Assembly: GCA_963779755.1 (NCBI GenBank)
Contig: CAVZZO010000001.1
Location: 1,984,001 to 2,048,000 of the forward strand
DNA: 64,000 nucleotides
Direction: 5' to 3'
Origin: an uncultured Gemmatimonadales bacterium
GTDB lineage: Bacteria; Gemmatimonadota; Gemmatimonadetes; Gemmatimonadales; GWC2-71-9
Shown: piece after piece, positions 42,278 through 50,775 of the stretch
Numbering within the stretch: the stretch's first letter is position 1
Layout: every line of letters begins with the position of its first letter
Program-made: the position numbers and the translations under genes
Notes under the pieces: model-generated
What the model saw: only the letters and a program-made list of their open reading frames with translations
Told to the model about the DNA's origin: nothing
Databases searched by the model: none

Positions 42278-43408
42278 GTGCATCTCTATATCCATGTCCC
42301 CTTCTGCGCCCGGCGGTGCAGCTACTGCGACTTCGCCATCGCGGTGCGCCGGCGCGTGCCCGCCGAGGAGTACGCTGCGGCGGTCGAGCGGGAGTGGGCG
42401 GGCTGGCAGGAGCACCCGGTGTGGGGGGAGGCGCCGGGATTGGAGACGGTCTATTTCGGCGGGGGAACGCCCTCCCTGCTGGCCGCCGGCTCCCTCGAAC
42501 GGCTGCTCGAGCGTTTCCAGCGCGATCATCCCCTCGTCACCGGCGCCGAGATTACGCTGGAGACCAATCCCGACGATATCAGCCAGCCCCGGGCCGCGGA
42601 GTGGCGCCGGCTGGGGGTCAACCGGATCTCGCTCGGGACGCAGTCGTTCGATCCCGCCGTGCTCGCCTGGATGCACCGGACTCACTCCGCGGCAGACATC
42701 CCGCGCGGGATGGCGGTGCTGCGGGAGGCGGGGTTCGAGAATATTTCGCTCGACCTCATCTTCGGGCTGGGTCCGGAGCTCGCGCGCGACTGGGCGGCCG
42801 ACCTGGACCAGGCGGTGGCGCTCGGCCCGGAGCACCTGTCGGTGTACGGGCTGACGGTCGAGCCCCAGACGCCGCTGGCCCGCTGGGTGGAACGCGGCAG
42901 CAGCCGCCCGGCGGACGAGGACGCCTATGCGACGGAATTTCTCCAGGCCGACCAGCGGCTGACCATGGCCAGCTTCGCGCATTACGAGGTCTCCAACTAC
43001 GCCAGGCACGGATCTCGCTCGGCACACAATTCCGCCTACTGGCGGCGGAGGCCGTTTATCGGGTTGGGGCCCTCGGCCCACTCGGGCTTTGGCAGCCGGC
43101 GGCGCTGGAATCTCCGGAATTGGGCCGAGTACCAGCAGGCAATTGCGGCAGGGAAGGATGTCGTAGCCGGAGAGGAAACGCTGTCGGATTGGCAGCAGCA
43201 GCTGGAGGATCTGTATCTGGGGCTGCGGACGGACCGCGGTGTGCCGGACGGCCGGGTCCCGCCCGAGGTGGCTCGCCGCTGGATCGGAGCGGGCTGGGCC
43301 CGCCGGGAGCGGAACCGGCTGGTTCTCACTCCCTCAGGATGGCTCCGGTTGGATGCGCTGGTCGCCTCGGCGGAGAGCCATGATCTGGCTCCTAACTTGC
43401 GCCCATGA
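42278..43408 (+). CDS. hemW: Radical SAM heme chaperone HemW
   Basis: LYIHVPFCARRCSYCDF, YFGGGTPS, YEVSNY and HNSAYW. Confidence 0.94.
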   Translation: MHLYIHVPFCARRCSYCDFAIAVRRRVPAEEYAAAVEREWAGWQEHPVWGEAPGLETVYFGGGTPSLLAAGSLERLLERFQRDHPLVTGAEITLETNPDDISQPRAAEWRRLGVNRISLGTQSFDPAVLAWMHRTHSAADIPRGMAVLREAGFENISLDLIFGLGPELARDWAADLDQAVALGPEHLSVYGLTVEPQTPLARWVERGSSRPADEDAYATEFLQADQRLTMASFAHYEVSNYARHGSRSAHNSAYWRRRPFIGLGPSAHSGFGSRRRWNLRNWAEYQQAIAAGKDVVAGEETLSDWQQQLEDLYLGLRTDRGVPDGRVPPEVARRWIGAGWARRERNRLVLTPSGWLRLDALVASAESHDLAPNLRP

Positions 43409-43421
43409 ATAGATTTGTATG

Positions 43422-44453
43422 ATGTCCTCCAATGATCCTCTGAGCGACCGCGAGCTTCGGGTGCTCGAAGCCGTGATCCAGGTCTATGTCCAGACCGCGG
43501 AACCAGCGGGGAGTCAGACTATCGCCAAGCGGTTCGGGCTGGGCGTGTCTCCCGCCACCATCCGGGGGACCATGAGCGAGCTGGAGGAGAAGGGCTATCT
43601 CTATCACCCGCACACCTCCGCCGGCCGGATCCCGACCGACCGAGCCTACCGGCTCTACGTCGATAACATGATCCGGCTGCATCCACCCAGCGAGCAGGAG
43701 CGGAACGCACTGGAAGCGGAGCTGCCCGCGCCGCGGGGCGAGGTGGACGAGATTCTGCACCGGGCGGCGCAGGTGCTGAGCGTGCTCACGGAGGAGCTGG
43801 GCGTCGCGGTGGCGCCGGCCCTGGACCAGGTCGTGCTGGAACGGCTGGAGCTGGTCCAGGTCGCGTCCGACCGGCTGCTGCTGGTGTTCAATCTCCGGAG
43901 CGGGGTGCTGCGAAGCATTTTCGTACAGGTCCCGTCCACCATCCCGCGCGAGGTCGTCTACAGCGTGGGGCAGACGCTGAACCAGCGTCTGGCGGGCCTC
44001 ACGCTGCGCGAGATCCGCGAGACTCTGGCCGACCGGCTGCGCGATGCCGCGCCCGGTGGCGCGTCGGACCTGCTCAACATCTTCATCGAAGAGGGCGACG
44101 GGATCTTCGATCTCACCGCGCGCCAGGGACTGGTGCTGGGCAGCGCCAGCCAGCTGGCGGGACAGCCCGAGTTTGCCTCCAACGAGCGGATGCGCGAGCT
44201 GCTGGCCCTGACGGAGCGGCGCGAGTTGCTGCGCCAGGCGCTGGAGAGCCACCGCCAGGGCGGCCTTACCATTACCATTGGCGGCGAGAACCTCGACCCG
44301 AAGCTGAGCGACTTCACCCTGGTGACCAGCTCCTACCGGGTCGGCGGGACCAGCGGCGTCATCGGCGTCCTGGGCCCGACACGGATGCCCTACGACAAGA
44401 TCATCGGGCTGGTAGATCATACCACCCGGCTGGTGGAAGGATTGCTGGAATGA
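43422..44453 (+). CDS. hrcA: Heat-inducible transcription repressor HrcA
   Basis: SPATIR, HTSAGRIPTD and GVLGPTRMPY; start 43419 or 43422. Confidence 0.96.
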   Translation: MSSNDPLSDRELRVLEAVIQVYVQTAEPAGSQTIAKRFGLGVSPATIRGTMSELEEKGYLYHPHTSAGRIPTDRAYRLYVDNMIRLHPPSEQERNALEAELPAPRGEVDEILHRAAQVLSVLTEELGVAVAPALDQVVLERLELVQVASDRLLLVFNLRSGVLRSIFVQVPSTIPREVVYSVGQTLNQRLAGLTLREIRETLADRLRDAAPGGASDLLNIFIEEGDGIFDLTARQGLVLGSASQLAGQPEFASNERMRELLALTERRELLRQALESHRQGGLTITIGGENLDPKLSDFTLVTSSYRVGGTSGVIGVLGPTRMPYDKIIGLVDHTTRLVEGLLE

Positions 44454-45580
44454 GCGACTATTACGAGCTCCTGGGAGTCGAACGCACGGCGACCGAGGTC
44501 GAGATCAAGAAGGCCTACCGCCGCCGGGCGATGGAGCTCCATCCCGACCGGAACCCCGAGCCGGGCGCCGAGGAGCAGTTCAAGGCGCTGACCGAGGCGT
44601 ACGAGGTCCTGAAAGACCCGCAGCAGCGATCGGTCTATGACCGCTACGGCAAGGCGGGGCTCGGCGGCGCGGGCGCGGGCGGATTCCACCACGTGGATCT
44701 GGCCGAGGCCCTCAGTATCTTCATGCGCGACTTCGGCGGCATGGGGGGGTTCGAATCTCTCTTCGGCGGCGGCCAGGGCCCCCGCCCCGACGCGCGGCGC
44801 GGCCAGGACATCCGGGTAAGCCTGCGTCTCAGGCTGCCCGAGGTGGCCACCGGCGTGAAGCGGTCGATCAAGCTCAAGACCCTGGAGCGCTGCCAGCACT
44901 GCGAGGGCACCGGCGCCGCCAAGGGCAGCCGCCCGGCAACCTGCTCCACCTGTGGCGGCAGCGGCGAGGTCCGGCGCGCCACCCGCAGCGTCTTCGGCCA
45001 GTTCATGACGGTCTCGCCCTGTCCCACCTGCGCCGGGGAAGGGGAAGTCGTTCGCGAGCCCTGCGAAATCTGCCGCGGCGAGGGCCGGGTCAAGGCCGAC
45101 CGCACCGTCAAGGTGGAGGTTCCCCCGGGCGTGTCGGATAACAACTATCTCACGCTGCGGGGCCAGGGCGCGGCGGGCCGGCGGAACGGCCCCAGCGGCG
45201 ACCTGCTGGTCATGCTGGAGATCAAGCCCGACGAGCGCTTCGAGCGCCAGGGTGACGATCTCATCTTCGACATGCCGATCTCGTTTTCGCAGGCGGCGCT
45301 GGGCGGGGAATTCACCGTGCCGACGGCTACCGGCGAGGAGCGGCTCACCGTGCCCGCCGGCACCCAGACCGGGACGCTTTTCAGGCTACGAGGCAAGGGG
45401 CTGCCCCACCTGGGCCAGGCGGGCAACGGCGATCTGCACGTCCGGGTACATCTCTGGACGCCGGAGCACCTCACCAGCGAACAGGAGCGGCTCTTTCGCG
45501 ACCTCGCCCAGATCGAAGGCGAGCCGCCCAAGCGGTCGTCGGGCTTCTGGAACCGGCTCAAGGAAGCGCTCCGGGCCTGA
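44450..45580 (+). CDS. dnaJ: Chaperone DnaJ
   Basis: J domain with HPD and four CxxCxGxG repeats. Confidence 0.97.
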   Translation: MSDYYELLGVERTATEVEIKKAYRRRAMELHPDRNPEPGAEEQFKALTEAYEVLKDPQQRSVYDRYGKAGLGGAGAGGFHHVDLAEALSIFMRDFGGMGGFESLFGGGQGPRPDARRGQDIRVSLRLRLPEVATGVKRSIKLKTLERCQHCEGTGAAKGSRPATCSTCGGSGEVRRATRSVFGQFMTVSPCPTCAGEGEVVREPCEICRGEGRVKADRTVKVEVPPGVSDNNYLTLRGQGAAGRRNGPSGDLLVMLEIKPDERFERQGDDLIFDMPISFSQAALGGEFTVPTATGEERLTVPAGTQTGTLFRLRGKGLPHLGQAGNGDLHVRVHLWTPEHLTSEQERLFRDLAQIEGEPPKRSSGFWNRLKEALRA

Positions 45581-46419
45581 GCTGGATCGCGCTGGAGATC
45601 CGGCTCCCCGCCGGCTCCGGCGGCGATGCCGACGTCCTGGCTGGCTGGCTTGCCGGCCGCACCGGCCAGTCCGTCTATCACCGTGACGATGACATCCTGG
45701 TGGCGACGGTCGGCGATCCGGCCGCCGCCGCCGCCCTTGCCGCCGCGCTCCGGCGGGAGCATCCCGGGGTGGAGCTGGTGGCCCGGCGCGAGCTGCCGGC
45801 GGTGGACTGGAGCACCGCCTGGCGCGCCGGGCTGGGGCCCCGCGCCATCGGGCGGCTCACCATCGTGCCCTCCTGGCAGGAGCCGGCGCCGGCGCCGGGC
45901 GACGCCGCGCTGATCCTCGATCCCGAAATGGCCTTTGGCAGCGGGGAGCACGGCTCTACCCGCGCCGCGCTCCTCCTGCTGCAGCGGTACCTCCGGCCCG
46001 GCATGGCCGTCCTCGACCTGGGAAGCGGAAGCGGAATTCTCACCCTCGCCGCTGCGCGGCTGGGCGCCGGCAGGGCAGTGGGCATCGAGTCCGATTCCGG
46101 GGCAATGCCGGTGGCGCTGCGGAACGCCAGGCGCAACGGGCTGGAGGCGCGGGTCACCTTCCTGGAAGGCGACGCCGGCGCGCTGGCGCCGCTGGCCGGG
46201 CCGGCCGACGTGCTCTGCGCCAACATCCTGCGCGAAGCCAACATCCAGCTGCTTCCCGCGGTTCGAGACTCGCTCGCGCCTCAGGGGGTTGCCATCTTCA
46301 GCGGCATGGAAGTGTCCGAGGCGTCGCTCTTCCGCCAGGCGCTGCAGGCCGCCGGGTTCGAGATGCTTGAGGAGCTGGCCGACGAGGGGTGGTGGGCCGT
46401 GGCGGCGCGCCGGCCATGA
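45577..46419 (+). CDS. prmA: Ribosomal protein L11 methyltransferase (CTG start proposed)
   Basis: AFGSGEHGST, LDLGSGSGIL and ANI motifs; the frame extends upstream of 45700 to a CTG overlapping the dnaJ stop. Confidence 0.9.
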   Translation: MSWIALEIRLPAGSGGDADVLAGWLAGRTGQSVYHRDDDILVATVGDPAAAAALAAALRREHPGVELVARRELPAVDWSTAWRAGLGPRAIGRLTIVPSWQEPAPAPGDAALILDPEMAFGSGEHGSTRAALLLLQRYLRPGMAVLDLGSGSGILTLAAARLGAGRAVGIESDSGAMPVALRNARRNGLEARVTFLEGDAGALAPLAGPADVLCANILREANIQLLPAVRDSLAPQGVAIFSGMEVSEASLFRQALQAAGFEMLEELADEGWWAVAARRP

Positions 46420-47114
46420 TTACGCTGCTCGCGGCGCCGGGATCGCTCCGGGCTGGCGCCACGCTGACGCTGGATGAGGCTGAGGCCCACCATATGCGCG
46501 TGCGCCGCGCCGCGGCAGGAGACGTGATCCGCCTGGTGGATGGCGCCGGCACTACCGGCCGGGCGCGGGTCATCGATGCGGGCGGGCCGCGGGTGGAGGT
46601 GGAGTCGATCGAGCAGCTGCCGGCGCCGGTGCCCCTGGTCCTGGCGGTCGGGGCCGGCGATCGCGACCGCTTCGGCTGGCTGGTGGAGAAGGCTGTGGAA
46701 CTGGGAGCCACGGAGATCGTTCCGGTGGAGTCGGAACGCACCGGCGGCGTTGCCACCCGGCTGCGTCCCAATCAGGTGGAACGCCTGGGGCGGCGCGCCG
46801 CGGAGGCCATGAAGCAGTGCGGCTCCGCCTGGGCGCTGCAACTCCGGCCGCCGGAGCCGCTCGGCGCGCTGCTCGAGGCGGTCACCCAGCCCATTCGGTG
46901 GGTGGGGGCCGCAGAGGGGCGCCCGGTACCGGGTTCGCTCGCGCTCGATCCCGCGGTTATTCTGATTGGACCGGAAGGCGGTTGGAGCGCGGAGGAGATG
47001 GAGGGGATCGGCGGCGCCGGATTCCTGCCGGTCTGCTTCGGGCCGCACATCCTGCGTTTCGAGACCGCCGCCCTCACCGGCGCGGCCCTGCTGCAGGCGG
47101 CGAGAAGGCGGTAA
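46416..47114 (+). CDS. rsmE: 16S rRNA m3U1498 methyltransferase
   Basis: VEKAVELG, EAMKQC, IGPEGG and ILRFETAA; ATGA overlap with prmA. Confidence 0.94.
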   Translation: MITLLAAPGSLRAGATLTLDEAEAHHMRVRRAAAGDVIRLVDGAGTTGRARVIDAGGPRVEVESIEQLPAPVPLVLAVGAGDRDRFGWLVEKAVELGATEIVPVESERTGGVATRLRPNQVERLGRRAAEAMKQCGSAWALQLRPPEPLGALLEAVTQPIRWVGAAEGRPVPGSLALDPAVILIGPEGGWSAEEMEGIGGAGFLPVCFGPHILRFETAALTGAALLQAARRR

Positions 47115-47306
47115 GGGCGGTAAGGGCGGTAAGGGCGGTAAAGGCGGTAAGGTGGCGCCAATTTCGTTGTCATTGCGAGGCGGCTTTAGCGTCGTTGTCA
47201 TTGCGAGGCGGCTTTAGCCGCCGAAGCAATCTCCTGAGGAGCACACCGTCGACCTGCGACCTGCGACCTGCGACCTGCGACTAGCGACTAACAACTAGCG
47301 ACTAAC
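47106..47306. repeat. Composite repeat: (RGGCGGTAA)x5, family A palindrome (partial 47164-47190 plus full 47192-47248), GACCTGC heptamers
   Basis: Direct reading. Confidence 0.9.
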
Positions 47307-47309
47307 CCC

Positions 47310-47645
47310 ATGCCCGATTGCATCTTCTGCCGCATTGCAAGCGGCGACATCCCCGCCGATATCGTCAAGCGCTCGGACGGCGCCGTGGCGTTCCGCGACC
47401 TCAATCCTCAGGCGCCGGTGCATATCCTGGCGATCCCGGTGCAGCACGTGGCCTCGGCGCGCGACGCCGATCCGGACATGCTGGGACATCTGGTCGCCTT
47501 CGCCACCGGCGTCGCCAGCGACGAAGGCCTGGACCAGAACGGCTACCGCCTGGTTCTCAATACGGGCCCACATGCGGGGCAGTCGGTCTTCCACCTGCAC
47601 CTGCACCTGCTGGGCGGGCGGGAGATGAAGTGGCCGCCGGGCTAG
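47310..47645 (+). CDS. Histidine triad (HIT) nucleotide-binding protein
   Basis: CIFCRI, FRDLNPQAPVH and QSVFHLHLHLLGG. Confidence 0.95.
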   Translation: MPDCIFCRIASGDIPADIVKRSDGAVAFRDLNPQAPVHILAIPVQHVASARDADPDMLGHLVAFATGVASDEGLDQNGYRLVLNTGPHAGQSVFHLHLHLLGGREMKWPPG

Positions 47646-47650
47646 GAGAA

Positions 47651-47860
47651 GGGACGGAGGACTGAGGACTGCGAGCCAAGTGTCACCCTGAGGGAGCGCA
47701 GCGAGCGAAGGGGGCCAAACCCGAGGTGGGCTTCGGCCCCTTCGCTTCGCTCAGGGTGACAACTGCATCGACTCAACTCAGTCCTCAGTCCTCAGTCCTC
47801 AATCCTCAATCCTGAATCCTGAATCCTGAATCCTGAATCCTGGATCCTCCGTCCTCGTCC
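47651..47860. repeat. Family B palindrome GTCACCCTGAG...GCGAAGGGG / CCCCTTCGC...CTCAGGGTGAC (47682-47760) nested in inverted heptamer arms
   Basis: Left arm GGAGGACTGAGGACTG; right arm CAGTCCT/CAATCCT/GAATCCT array. Confidence 0.88.
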
Positions 47861-47896
47861 TTTCTCTATGCTCTGCCGCACGCTTATTTTACCGGG

Positions 47897-48340
47897 ATGC
47901 CTCCCGCACTGGCCCAGACCCTCCAGTCCCAACTCAATACCGCCCGGAAGGCCCAGGACAAGCCGCGCACCCTGCTGCTCGGCACCCTGCTGGCCGCGGT
48001 GAAGAACCGCGAGCTGGAGCTGAAACGCGCTCCCACCGACGAGGAAGTGCTCGAGGTCATCCAGAAGAACATCAAGACCCGGCGTGAGTCGGTAGAGCAG
48101 TTCGAGAAGGGCGGCCGGCCGGAGCTGGCGGCGCGGGAAGCCGAGGAGATCCGGATGCTCGAAGTGTACCTGCCGCCGCAGGCCGATCCCGAAGACATCC
48201 GCGCGGCGGTACGCGAGGCCATCGCGGCCGGCGCCACCGACCTGGGCCGCGTCATGGGGCAGGTGATGCCGAAGTTCAAGGGCCGCGCCGACGGCAGGGA
48301 AATCAACCGCATCGTCCGCGAGGAGTTGAAGGTCGGATGA
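47897..48340 (+). CDS. GatB/YqeY domain protein
   Basis: RRESVEQFEKGGR, YLPPQ and LGRVMG..MPKFKGRADG. Confidence 0.93.
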   Translation: MPPALAQTLQSQLNTARKAQDKPRTLLLGTLLAAVKNRELELKRAPTDEEVLEVIQKNIKTRRESVEQFEKGGRPELAAREAEEIRMLEVYLPPQADPEDIRAAVREAIAAGATDLGRVMGQVMPKFKGRADGREINRIVREELKVG

Positions 48341-50775
48341 CGGAGTCCGGCGGGAGGACAGAGACCGACGGGGTGCCGGCGCGGGACACCGGCACCCCGT
48401 TCTCTTTGCCCGCGGCCCAGGTGGCGGACGCCCTGGAGGCGCTGGAGTTCGAGGCGGCGCTGGAGCGGGTGGCCGCGCACGCGGCCGGCCTGTCGGGCGC
48501 GGCCGAGATCCTGGCGCGCCGCCCCACCGACGATGCCGGCTGGATTGCCGCCGAGCTGGCGCTGGTGGCCGAAGCCCTGCAGCTGGAACAGCGCGACATC
48601 GGACTCGCGCCGGAGCCGGTGCCCGAGGTGAGGGAGCCGCTGGCGCGTCTCCGGGTCCACGGCAGCGTCCTGGAGGCGCCGGACCTTTTTGCGCTCTACC
48701 GCCTGCTGATGGCCGGCCGCCTGGTAGTCGGGGAGCTGGACCGCGTGGCGGACGAAGCGCCCGGCCTGGCCCGGCTCCGGCGGCCGGTACCCGAGCGCAA
48801 GCTGGAGCGACGGCTGGAACTCTCGGTGGATGCCGAGGGCACCCTGCTCGATACGGCGAGCCCGAAGCTGGCGGCCGCGCGGCAGGCGGTGCAGCATGCG
48901 CGGGAGCGTCTGGTGCGCAAGCTGGAGTCGCTGCTGCGCGCCGGCCAGGGCGGTGAGGCCGAGGTGACGGTGCGCAACGGCCGTTATGTGATCCCCGTCC
49001 GGCGCGATACCCGCCAGAAGGTCTCCGGAATCATCCACGGTGAGTCGTCCAGCGGTGGGACGCTCTTCGTGGAGCCCGCCGAGGCGGTGGAGCTGGGGAA
49101 TGAGCTGCGGGAGGCCGAAACCGCCGCGGAACGGGAAGCGCTGAGGGTGCTGCGCGAGCTGACCGACCTGCTCCGGCCTCACGCCGCGGCGCTGGTGGAT
49201 TTGCAGATCATGGCCGTCGCGGTGGACAGCATCGTGGCCCGGGCGCGCTACGCGGCCTCGGTGGGCGGCCATCCGCCCCAGTGCGGTGAAGGCGAGTCGC
49301 TCCGGATCCGTGAGGGCAGGCACCCGCTGCTGTTTGGTGGCGGGAACACGGTGGTGTCGTTCGATCTCGCACTGGAGCCGGGCGAGCGGACGCTCATCAT
49401 CAGCGGCCCCAATACCGGCGGCAAGACCGTGCTCCTCAAGGCCGTGGGGCTGCTCGCCGCGCTGGTGCAGAGCGGTGTGGTACCGCCGGTAGGGCCGGGC
49501 ACGGTCTTTCCCGTGTTCCGGCGCTGGTTCACCGACATCGGCGATCGCCAGTCCATCGCCGCCAGCCTCAGCACCTTCAGTGCGCACGTGCAGGTGTTGC
49601 GCCAGATTCTGGATGAGGCCGACGGATGCTCGCTGGTACTGCTGGATGAAGTCGGCGGCGGAACCGATCCGGTCGAAGGCGCCGCCCTGGCCGGGGCCGT
49701 GCTCCGGGACCTTACCGCCCGCGGGAGCCTGACGCTCGCGTCCACCCATCTGGGCTCGCTCAAGCAACTGGCGCAGGAGTCGCCGGGGATCGTCAACGCC
49801 TCACTGGAGTTCGATGCCGCGCGGCTGGAGCCGACCTACCGCTTCCTGAAAGGGGTGCCGGGCCGGAGCTACGGGCTGGCGATCGCCGAGCGCCTGGGTC
49901 TGCGGCCGGATGTATTGCGCGACGCCCGTGAGCGGGTTCCCGAGGGCGAGCGGCGGCTGGACGAGCTCCTGGCCGCGGCCGAAACGCGGGAGCGCGAGGC
50001 CGCCCGGCGGGAGGAGGCCGCCGCCGAGCGGCAGGCCGGACTGGAGGCCCTCTCCGCCCGGCTCGAGGCGCAGGCTACCGAGCAGGCGGCGCGGCAGGCG
50101 GAGCTGGACCGCCGCGACCGCGAGGCGGAACGCCGCGCCCGGAGCGAGGCGCGGAGCTTTCTGCTCAATGCCCGCCGCCGGGTGGAGGAAGCGGTGGAAA
50201 CGGCCCGGGGCGCCGCCGATGAGGCCGCCGCCCGGGAAGCGCGCCGCATGGTGGAGGAAAGTATCCGGGAGGAGACGGAAGCCCTGGCCCGGAGCGATGC
50301 CGGGACGGTGCCGGCCGGAGTCAGCGGTCCGCTGGCCGTGGGACAGCGGGTGCGGCTGGGCACCGGTGCCACCGGCGTCGTGCAGGAATTGCGGGGCGAC
50401 GGGCGGGTGGCGGTGCTGGCCGGTTCGCTCCGGCTCATCCTGGACGGCTCGGAGGTGGTGCCCATTGCGGGTGCCGCGCCGGCCGGCCGGGAGCGGGCTC
50501 GGGGCGGCGGCCTGGACGAGGCGCCGTCGATGCCGGGGGAGATCGACCTGCGGGGCCTGACCGGCGACGAGGCCGAGGCGGCCGTCCTGGCCGCGCTGGA
50601 CGGCGCCGTGCTCGCCGAGCTCCCCTCCCTGCGTATCATTCATGGCAAGGGGACCGGGGTGGTACGGGAGCGGGTGCGGCAGGTGGTCTCCCGCGACCGT
50701 CGGGTGTCGAGCCACCTGTTCGCGCCGGCCAACCAGGGAGGCACAGGAGTCACCATCGTGGAGTTCGCCCCATGA
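48337..50775 (+). CDS. mutS2: Endonuclease MutS2
   Basis: SGPNTGGKT, DIGDRQSI, LSTFS, DEVGGGTDP and C-terminal Smr domain (IDLRG, IIHGKGTG). Confidence 0.95.
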   Translation: MTESGGRTETDGVPARDTGTPFSLPAAQVADALEALEFEAALERVAAHAAGLSGAAEILARRPTDDAGWIAAELALVAEALQLEQRDIGLAPEPVPEVREPLARLRVHGSVLEAPDLFALYRLLMAGRLVVGELDRVADEAPGLARLRRPVPERKLERRLELSVDAEGTLLDTASPKLAAARQAVQHARERLVRKLESLLRAGQGGEAEVTVRNGRYVIPVRRDTRQKVSGIIHGESSSGGTLFVEPAEAVELGNELREAETAAEREALRVLRELTDLLRPHAAALVDLQIMAVAVDSIVARARYAASVGGHPPQCGEGESLRIREGRHPLLFGGGNTVVSFDLALEPGERTLIISGPNTGGKTVLLKAVGLLAALVQSGVVPPVGPGTVFPVFRRWFTDIGDRQSIAASLSTFSAHVQVLRQILDEADGCSLVLLDEVGGGTDPVEGAALAGAVLRDLTARGSLTLASTHLGSLKQLAQESPGIVNASLEFDAARLEPTYRFLKGVPGRSYGLAIAERLGLRPDVLRDARERVPEGERRLDELLAAAETREREAARREEAAAERQAGLEALSARLEAQATEQAARQAELDRRDREAERRARSEARSFLLNARRRVEEAVETARGAADEAAAREARRMVEESIREETEALARSDAGTVPAGVSGPLAVGQRVRLGTGATGVVQELRGDGRVAVLAGSLRLILDGSEVVPIAGAAPAGRERARGGGLDEAPSMPGEIDLRGLTGDEAEAAVLAALDGAVLAELPSLRIIHGKGTGVVRERVRQVVSRDRRVSSHLFAPANQGGTGVTIVEFAP

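Noticed and set aside
43380..43421. CIRCE element upstream of hrcA
   Set aside because: No TTAGCACTC-N9-GAGTGCTAA seen before hrcA or hemW.
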